A DNA stretch of 64,000 nt, from assembly GCA_965208125.1 (NCBI GenBank), contig OZ242320.1:256001-320000 (forward strand), written 5' to 3'. Numbering within the stretch: position 1 is the stretch's first letter; the number at the start of each line of letters is the position of its first letter. Under the pieces are notes generated by a model that saw nothing but the letters and a program-made list of their open reading frames with translations, was not told the origin of the DNA and did no database searches. This stretch comes from Candidatus Latescibacterota bacterium (lineage in GTDB: Bacteria; Latescibacterota; UBA2968). The translations under genes and the position numbers were made by a program. Shown here one piece after another: positions 58,273 through 64,000 of this stretch.

Positions 58273-59820
58273 ATGACCAAACGCAGACTGCCCATCGGCA
58301 TTCAGACCTTTCGCAAAATTCGGGAGGAGAACTGCTACTATGTCGATAAGACCGCCTATATCCAGAAGCTGCTCGACGAGGGCACGCACTACTTTTTATC
58401 GCGCCCACGTCGCTTTGGCAAGAGCCTGTTTCTGGACACGGTGAAGGAACTGTTTGAGGGCAATGAACCGCTGTTCGAGGGGCTGGACATCCACGGCCAC
58501 TGGGACTGGTCTGTTCGCTATCCCGTCCTGCGCCTCGACTTTGGCAGGGGCAATTTCAAAGAGGCGGGCTATCTGCAGGCGAATGTGATGGAACAACTTG
58601 CAGCTATAGAACGTCGAGCGAAAATCGTCTCCGAGTACACCACTGCCCCCGGACGCTTCGCGTCTATTATGGAAATCCTTCACGAAAAAGCAGGACAACG
58701 CGTTGTCGTTCTTGTTGACGAATACGACAAGCCGATTCTGGATGCTCTGGAAGAACCGGAGATCGCGCGCGACAACCGCGACTTTCTGCGTGGTCTGTAT
58801 TCGACGATCAAGTCCAATGATGCCCATATCAAATTCACATTCCTCACGGGCGTCAGCAAATTCTCCAAAGTCAGCCTGTTCTCTGGTCTCAACAATCTTA
58901 CAGACATCACCATTGATCCACAATATTCCGCCATCTGCGGCTACACCGAGGAGGACCTCGACACCGTATTCGCGCCAGAACTGCCGGATCTGGATCGGGA
59001 TGAGATCCGCGACTGGTACAATGGCTATAGCTGGCGGGGACAGGAGAAGGTCTATAACCCCTTCGACATCCTCTTGTTGTTCAGAAGGCAGAGCTTCGAA
59101 GCCTACTGGTTCGAGACCGGCACGCCTACATTTCTGATCGAGACACTACTATCGCGCGGGGTCGGTGCGCTGGCTCTGGACAACATGCTGGGCAGTGATG
59201 ATTTGCTGTCGGCTTTTGATGTTGACCACATCGCCACCGAAGCCCTGCTGTTCCAGACCGGCTATCTCACGATTATCCAAACCGAACCGCGCGGTGGCGA
59301 GATGTACTATCGGCTATCCTATCCGAATCGGGAAGTGCGTCAGAGCTTGAACAGAAGCCTGCTAAATCACCTGACTGGCGATCCCTCACAGCGCACGGAG
59401 CATCGCGCCCGTCTGTATGACTTGCTGCTGGTCAATGACTTTGTTGGCCTGGAAAGCCTGTTCAAGGCGTTCTTTGCCAGCATTCCCTACCAGTGGCACA
59501 CAAACAATGAAATAGCGAACTACGAAGGCTACTACGCCAGCGTCTTCTACTCCTACTTCGCATCGGTGGGATTGGACATCGTGGTGGAAGACAGTGGCAG
59601 CGATGGGCGTCTGGACATGGCGGTTCGTTTCAACGACAATGTGTATCTGTTCGAGTTCAAGGTTGTAGAATTGGCACCGGAAGGGGCTGCAATGGCGCAA
59701 TTGAAGGCAAAGGGATATGCGGATAAATATCGGGGTCTGGATCAACCGATCCACCTGATCGGTGTAGAGTTCAGCAAGGACACCCGCAATATCACGGCCT
59801 TTGAGGTCATATCAGCGTGA
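58273..59820 (+). CDS. AAA-ATPase-like protein with C-terminal PD-(D/E)XK nuclease domain
   Basis: LPIGIQTF, YVDKT, SRPRRFGKS Walker A, LVDEYDKP Walker B, WYNGY, GRLD..FEFK. Confidence 0.92.
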   Translation: MTKRRLPIGIQTFRKIREENCYYVDKTAYIQKLLDEGTHYFLSRPRRFGKSLFLDTVKELFEGNEPLFEGLDIHGHWDWSVRYPVLRLDFGRGNFKEAGYLQANVMEQLAAIERRAKIVSEYTTAPGRFASIMEILHEKAGQRVVVLVDEYDKPILDALEEPEIARDNRDFLRGLYSTIKSNDAHIKFTFLTGVSKFSKVSLFSGLNNLTDITIDPQYSAICGYTEEDLDTVFAPELPDLDRDEIRDWYNGYSWRGQEKVYNPFDILLLFRRQSFEAYWFETGTPTFLIETLLSRGVGALALDNMLGSDDLLSAFDVDHIATEALLFQTGYLTIIQTEPRGGEMYYRLSYPNREVRQSLNRSLLNHLTGDPSQRTEHRARLYDLLLVNDFVGLESLFKAFFASIPYQWHTNNEIANYEGYYASVFYSYFASVGLDIVVEDSGSDGRLDMAVRFNDNVYLFEFKVVELAPEGAAMAQLKAKGYADKYRGLDQPIHLIGVEFSKDTRNITAFEVISA

Positions 59821-59841
59821 GAAATTAGGAAGTCAAAACCT

Positions 59842-59951
59842 CAGGAACACCTGCTTTCAACCTGCCGGACCAAACCGGGCTTCGGATTGAAGAAGCACTG
59901 AGCATTTACGTTGAGGATATTGTCCTGAGTGCTGGACAGGAGGGCATATAA
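59842..59951 (+). pseudogene. Tyrosine recombinase (XerC/D-like) box I relic
   Basis: 59871-59951 reads QTGLRIEEALSIYVEDIVLSAGQEGI*, matching TGxRxxExxxLxxxD; a frameshifted EHLL(F)NL lies upstream. Confidence 0.65.
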
Positions 59952-59961
59952 GGAGCAGGCA

Positions 59962-61854
59962 ATGCGCTTGTTGAAAGTGTTAGCGATTATCCTCACGGCA
60001 ATGGTGACGCAGTCCTGCAAAATCACCATGCCGTCGCTAGTGAAATTAATTAGCAGTTACGATGCAAGAGTTGTTGAACCAAGAGAAAACCCTTACCGTT
60101 TCAACGAAAGTGAAGCGATCAAAATGCAAACCGGATTCAAGGATACTTTGGTCATTGGTGACGACCTTGAAACATTTCACGGGGTGGATATGCGAAACAT
60201 AATGACTATAGCAGGAATACCTGAAAAAAACATAGTATTTTTTGAAATGTTCGCAGGTTTTCGACTCGGGCATAACACAGGATTAAACATGTTCGTATCA
60301 GATGAATGGACATGGTTACGTGAAGCAGCCAGAGTAGCGCACCTACCGCTGTTAGGTCCATTTACCGGACATGAAAGTCACTCATTAGTGGCTGGTATCA
60401 CCAATGTACTCTTTGTCACAGCTGCCGGCAATATGAGAACATATTGGCATGGTGACCGTGATTTGTACAATAGCAATCATGTTGGATGGAGCAGTAGTGA
60501 TCCTGAAATGAGACAAGTGAGAAAAGAAGCATACCAAGGTCTGTTGGATGTCCACAGAACCGACAGGGTCATAGCGGCAACCAGTGCAAGAATAACAGAT
60601 TCAGGAGATGTACATCCCAACGAAGGAGTGGTAAAATGCGGAGACATTAAAGAGTCGTGTTACACGATGACACCGCACAGCAACACCTCAAGTGCCTCAG
60701 CCAGGCTCTCTGCCATAGCCTTCTACCTCTCACAGTTCTGGGAGACACCGGAAGAGGTAGTAGACGTGTTAAATGAATGTGTCATAGATGTCGGAGAACC
60801 GGGTGTTGATAGAGAATACGGAAGAGGGGTAGTAAATCTTCTATGTCCTCGGGTGTTGAAAAAGGAAATTGAGGTAGTTGCAGAACATCTGAAAGAGACG
60901 GAAGGCAGGATACTGACACAAGGAGAGAATAGTACCGGTACATGGATAGCAGAGAAGACAGCACTGCAGGTACGATTACCGAAAGCATTACAAAGAACCT
61001 TGCAGGCACAATATACCGGTGAAGTAACTGGTACGGTGGAATTCAAAGAAAATACGGTGACTACAGACTTCACGGCAAAAGCAGATGTTAACGTAACATT
61101 TCTTTTGCCCATTGAAGTAAAAGCGGAAGATTCGGTGCAAATTGAAGGAGAGTACACCGCTGAGACAAACAGACTTAATATACGAAAAAACAACACGGTT
61201 GTAGCGGAGTATACCTACACAGCAACGGAAGACTCTCTGCACATAGTGAAGTCTCTTTCACTCAACGATGTGCTCAGACTGCTGCCGGGAGTTGTCGGAG
61301 ATCTGGCAAAAAAAGATACACGACAGATCCTTGAGAATGACCCGATACAGATCAGAATGAGTTTTGCAAAAGTAACAGTGTCAAGTATTCCGGAGAATCT
61401 CAGAGAGACAGACGTAACAGATAACACAATCACACTGCAGTGGGATGAACCGGAAGAAATCGGAAGCTCACCGATTAGTGCATATAGGATCACCAGATAC
61501 ACTGATGCATCCTGTACTGATATCAGTGAAGTCAAAGAAACAGCGGAACAAAAGATACAATTCACTGATCTCAGAGCAAACACGGAGTATTACTTCAGCG
61601 CAGAAGCGAAAAATAATGTCGGCTGGAGTAAAAAAAGTGATTGCCTGAAAGTAAAAACTGATCCAATTCCTGGTGATTTTGACGGCAACAACATCGTTGA
61701 TCTCGCTGACTTCCTTCTGTTCGCCACGGTATTCGGCACAACAGAAACCGATGCAGCTTTTAACGAACAGATGGATCTTGTGCCGGACGGTATGATCAAC
61801 ATCGCAGACTTCTTAGTCTTTGCCGAAAACTTCGGCAAAACTCGTGATTCGTAA
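59962..61854 (+). CDS. Divergent S8 subtilase-like lipoprotein with FN3 and dockerin-like domains (paralogue 2)
   Basis: QSC signal; VIGD, FHG, TAAGN, NTSSASA, DVGEPGVD..YGRG; FN3 PENL..ITLQWDEP..LRANTEY..AKNNVGWS; GDFDGNNIVDLADF tail. Confidence 0.78.
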   Translation: MRLLKVLAIILTAMVTQSCKITMPSLVKLISSYDARVVEPRENPYRFNESEAIKMQTGFKDTLVIGDDLETFHGVDMRNIMTIAGIPEKNIVFFEMFAGFRLGHNTGLNMFVSDEWTWLREAARVAHLPLLGPFTGHESHSLVAGITNVLFVTAAGNMRTYWHGDRDLYNSNHVGWSSSDPEMRQVRKEAYQGLLDVHRTDRVIAATSARITDSGDVHPNEGVVKCGDIKESCYTMTPHSNTSSASARLSAIAFYLSQFWETPEEVVDVLNECVIDVGEPGVDREYGRGVVNLLCPRVLKKEIEVVAEHLKETEGRILTQGENSTGTWIAEKTALQVRLPKALQRTLQAQYTGEVTGTVEFKENTVTTDFTAKADVNVTFLLPIEVKAEDSVQIEGEYTAETNRLNIRKNNTVVAEYTYTATEDSLHIVKSLSLNDVLRLLPGVVGDLAKKDTRQILENDPIQIRMSFAKVTVSSIPENLRETDVTDNTITLQWDEPEEIGSSPISAYRITRYTDASCTDISEVKETAEQKIQFTDLRANTEYYFSAEAKNNVGWSKKSDCLKVKTDPIPGDFDGNNIVDLADFLLFATVFGTTETDAAFNEQMDLVPDGMINIADFLVFAENFGKTRDS

Positions 61855-61886
61855 AAGAATCATTCCTCCTTTCTTTTTTTAACCCC

Positions 61887-61917
61887 AAACCCCCGCTCAG
61901 TATATGAACGGGGGTTA
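61887..61917 (+). terminator. Terminator homologous to the one at 56060
   Basis: AAACCCCCG..CGGGGGTT hairpin. Confidence 0.65.
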
Positions 61918-62052
61918 TATTTAAATTTCCTTTAATACAATACTTCGGACAGTCTTTTAAAAAAGGATAAACAAAAAAGTGCCGTTCACGCAGAAGGGCA
62001 TGGAAGGCTTCCAAATAAACTGCGTAATCGGTTGTACTCTGCACTCACCCTA

Positions 62053-62853
62053 TCAATATCCAATCCCACGCAGATACTCACGGTTGGACTTTGCCGCTTC
62101 TGCCGGGGGTTTGGGCGGATACGGGCGGTCGAGCTCTACGGACACCCACCCATCGTAGCCCACTTCTTCCAACTTCTCCAGCGCTGCCCGTGCGTCAAAC
62201 CCCATATTTCCCGCGCCGAGTTCTGCAAATCGCGCTTCCTCATTAAACTGCCCCGTGCGGTGATTCCATGACGCGGGGTCATTGGCATGCACATCCTTCA
62301 AATGCACATGTCCAATCCGATCTCGCAACACATCGCGTTCAAAAACCTGCATCGGATCGCTACCCGCCGCCAGCATGTGCCCCGTATCGTAGAGCAACCA
62401 CAAATCGGGCGCTGCCGTCATCAATCTCTCGGCATCCTCAACCGTCTCGATCAACGTCCGCATATGCGCGTGGTGAAAACCCTTCACATCGTGCGCCTTG
62501 CAATATGCCAGCACATCATCGAGCGAACGAGCCGCATTTTCAACATCTTCATCACTCGGATCATCGCCTCCCCACATCGCGCGACGACACGACGGCACCT
62601 CTGCCGCATCATTGCCCAACGCGATATTGTACCGAACCCGATCAAGCGAACTCGGTCCCCCCACATTGACCAGATGCAAACCATTCTTCCTCGCGAGATT
62701 GGCTTTAGCAACCAGATCATCGCCACTGTCGATCTTCAACCCCTCCACCCCATCCCATCCTGCCTCAGCCACTTCTGCCAGCACCTTCTCGGGATTTTCG
62801 TGCTGCTCGCCCCGAAACTGAATCAAATGACAAGCCAGTCTAAATTTGCCCAT
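62053..62853 (-). CDS. Sugar phosphate isomerase/epimerase (IolE/xylose isomerase-like TIM barrel)
   Basis: GWDGVE, FHHAH, YDTGH, HVHLKD, GWVSVELD. Confidence 0.88.
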   Translation of the reverse strand: MGKFRLACHLIQFRGEQHENPEKVLAEVAEAGWDGVEGLKIDSGDDLVAKANLARKNGLHLVNVGGPSSLDRVRYNIALGNDAAEVPSCRRAMWGGDDPSDEDVENAARSLDDVLAYCKAHDVKGFHHAHMRTLIETVEDAERLMTAAPDLWLLYDTGHMLAAGSDPMQVFERDVLRDRIGHVHLKDVHANDPASWNHRTGQFNEEARFAELGAGNMGFDARAALEKLEEVGYDGWVSVELDRPYPPKPPAEAAKSNREYLRGIGY

Positions 62854-62875
62854 ATCTAAGAGTCCTTTCTGTAAG

Positions 62876-62902
62876 CGGGCGACCACAAGGGTCGCCCCTA
62901 CA
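62876..62902 (-). repeat. GTAG-type REP-like palindrome
   Basis: Minus strand TGTAGGGGCGACCCTTGTGGTCGCCCG. Confidence 0.75.
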
Positions 62903-62912
62903 ATTAAATACT

Positions 62913-63551
62913 TCACACTTCATCCACCGTCCGATGCGCGAAAGCATTCCACACACCAGCCAAATCGTGAACGGCCTTAAACATCGGATAAAGCGCGTCC
63001 CACATCGCATCTCGCGCTTTGAATGCGGCTTCCCTATCTCCCTCTGCGAATGCCTTCTTAAAAGCCTCAACCTGCTCGCGCTGCGTCTCTGCTGTCTGTT
63101 CCACACGCGCGACAAAATCCTCCACAGACTGCAAATGTTCATCGGCTCTCGCATCTGCATCAGCGCTCAAATCCGGCGTCTGATCATAAGAAGAAGTGTT
63201 CGCAAACCGCGGCGGCTCCTTCTCCCCCTCTGCCGTCCAATACGTATGCGTCGGCAAAATATGTGGCGTCACCGACAAATACATAATCACCTCGTCATCG
63301 CCCACATTGCGCACCGTATGCGCCTCATCTGTCAGTGCAATACACATCTGACCGGGGCCCAACACCTCCTTGTGTCCTTCGATATCAAACTCTGCCTGCC
63401 CTTGCAAAATCAGAAAAATCTCGTGCCCCAAATCGTGTGTATGGCTCTGATTGAACTGCCCCACCTCCATCTTCAAAAACCGCGAACGAATCTGGGGTGT
63501 CACCAGCATATTGGTAATATCTTTGCGATAGTCAAAAACTTGAAATGGCAT
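62913..63551 (-). CDS. Cupin domain protein with helical C-terminal extension
   Basis: HTHDLGHEIFLILQG..H..N cupin motifs; SD GAGGAGG before ATG 63551. Confidence 0.85.
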   Translation of the reverse strand: MPFQVFDYRKDITNMLVTPQIRSRFLKMEVGQFNQSHTHDLGHEIFLILQGQAEFDIEGHKEVLGPGQMCIALTDEAHTVRNVGDDEVIMYLSVTPHILPTHTYWTAEGEKEPPRFANTSSYDQTPDLSADADARADEHLQSVEDFVARVEQTAETQREQVEAFKKAFAEGDREAAFKARDAMWDALYPMFKAVHDLAGVWNAFAHRTVDEV

Positions 63552-63635
63552 AACGCCCTCCTCATTAGATCGCGGATTAAAAAAACCAAATGATTCTTGC
63601 TTCAACATCCCAAACACAGCATATTACGCGATGCG

Positions 63636-63663
63636 CGGGCGACCACAGGGGGTCGCCCCTACA
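63636..63663 (-). repeat. GTAG-type REP-like palindrome
   Basis: Minus strand TGTAGGGGCGACCCCCTGTGGTCGCCCG. Confidence 0.75.
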
Positions 63664-63686
63664 ATCTCACCAACTGAAAGAAATGC

Positions 63687-64000
63687 ATGAGCCTGCCCAA
63701 TCCCGCGCCACAGCCTGACCCCGCGTCACACATCACCACCCGCGCCATCATCGTTGGCCTGATCCTCACCCTTGTCATCTGCTATTTTGCCACAGACACC
63801 ACCTATCGCCTTCGCGCATCCCGCGTATCTCTCGGCCACATGCCCATGTCATTGTGGCTGCCATTTCTCCTCATCTTCTTGATCAATCCCCTGCTCAAAA
63901 AAATCCGGGAAAATTGGATGCTTCGTCCGCATGAATTGGGCCTCATCCTCTGTATGGGATTTATAGGCAGCGTTTTTCCCACCAAAAACGTCGCCGGGCG
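63687..64000 (+). CDS. Polytopic membrane protein (DUF6785/OPT-like transporter), N-terminal part, runs off the window end
   Basis: Manual translation MSLPNP..ITTRAIIVGLILTLVI..LLIFLINPLLKK..ELGLILCMGFIGS, open to the end; absent from the ORF track. Confidence 0.7.
   Translation, partial: MSLPNPAPQPDPASHITTRAIIVGLILTLVICYFATDTTYRLRASRVSLGHMPMSLWLPFLLIFLINPLLKKIRENWMLRPHELGLILCMGFIGSVFPTKNVAG

Noticed and set aside
54009-62040. Integron cassette array
   Set aside because: Genes are co-oriented, but no attC-like repeated sites were recognised and only a short recombinase fragment exists.

Overview
Bacterial chromosomal window. The gene content (many sulfatases and PhyH-type dioxygenases, cadherin-like, spondin and dockerin-like proteins, futalosine pathway) suggests a marine or sponge-associated FCB-group bacterium such as Latescibacterota/Gemmatimonadota; this is inference only. 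1-2.5 kb: a minus-strand operon of STAS-like/wHTH, nurA, a HAS-barrel gene and a partial herA. 2.8-19.7 kb: housekeeping block (queE, thrS-infC-rpmI-rplT, zapB-like-zapA-rny-ymdB-xseAB-nadK-recN-mqnE-mqnC-mqnA). 20-25.6 kb: a sigma-region-4-only regulator with micro-ORFs on both sides, rarA, and a duplicated cadherin/FN3/dockerin gene with rearrangement scars. 25.7-54 kb: catabolic region with six Cys-type sulfatases, four PhyH-like Fe/2OG enzymes (one with an HxG halogenase-like motif), an aryl-sulfotransferase, a MOSC-ATL fusion and an ArsC-family gene with in-frame UGA plus a SECIS-like hairpin (probable selenoprotein; the ORF track misses its 5' end). 54-62 kb: an accessory island with two paralogous minimal-subtilase/dockerin lipoprotein genes, a coiled-coil gene, an M23 peptidase and an AAA-PD-(D/E)XK gene, plus relics of a toxin-antitoxin pair and a tyrosine recombinase. 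No rRNA, tRNA, CRISPR array or intact transposase/integrase was recognised. All family assignments come from motif recognition, not database searches.
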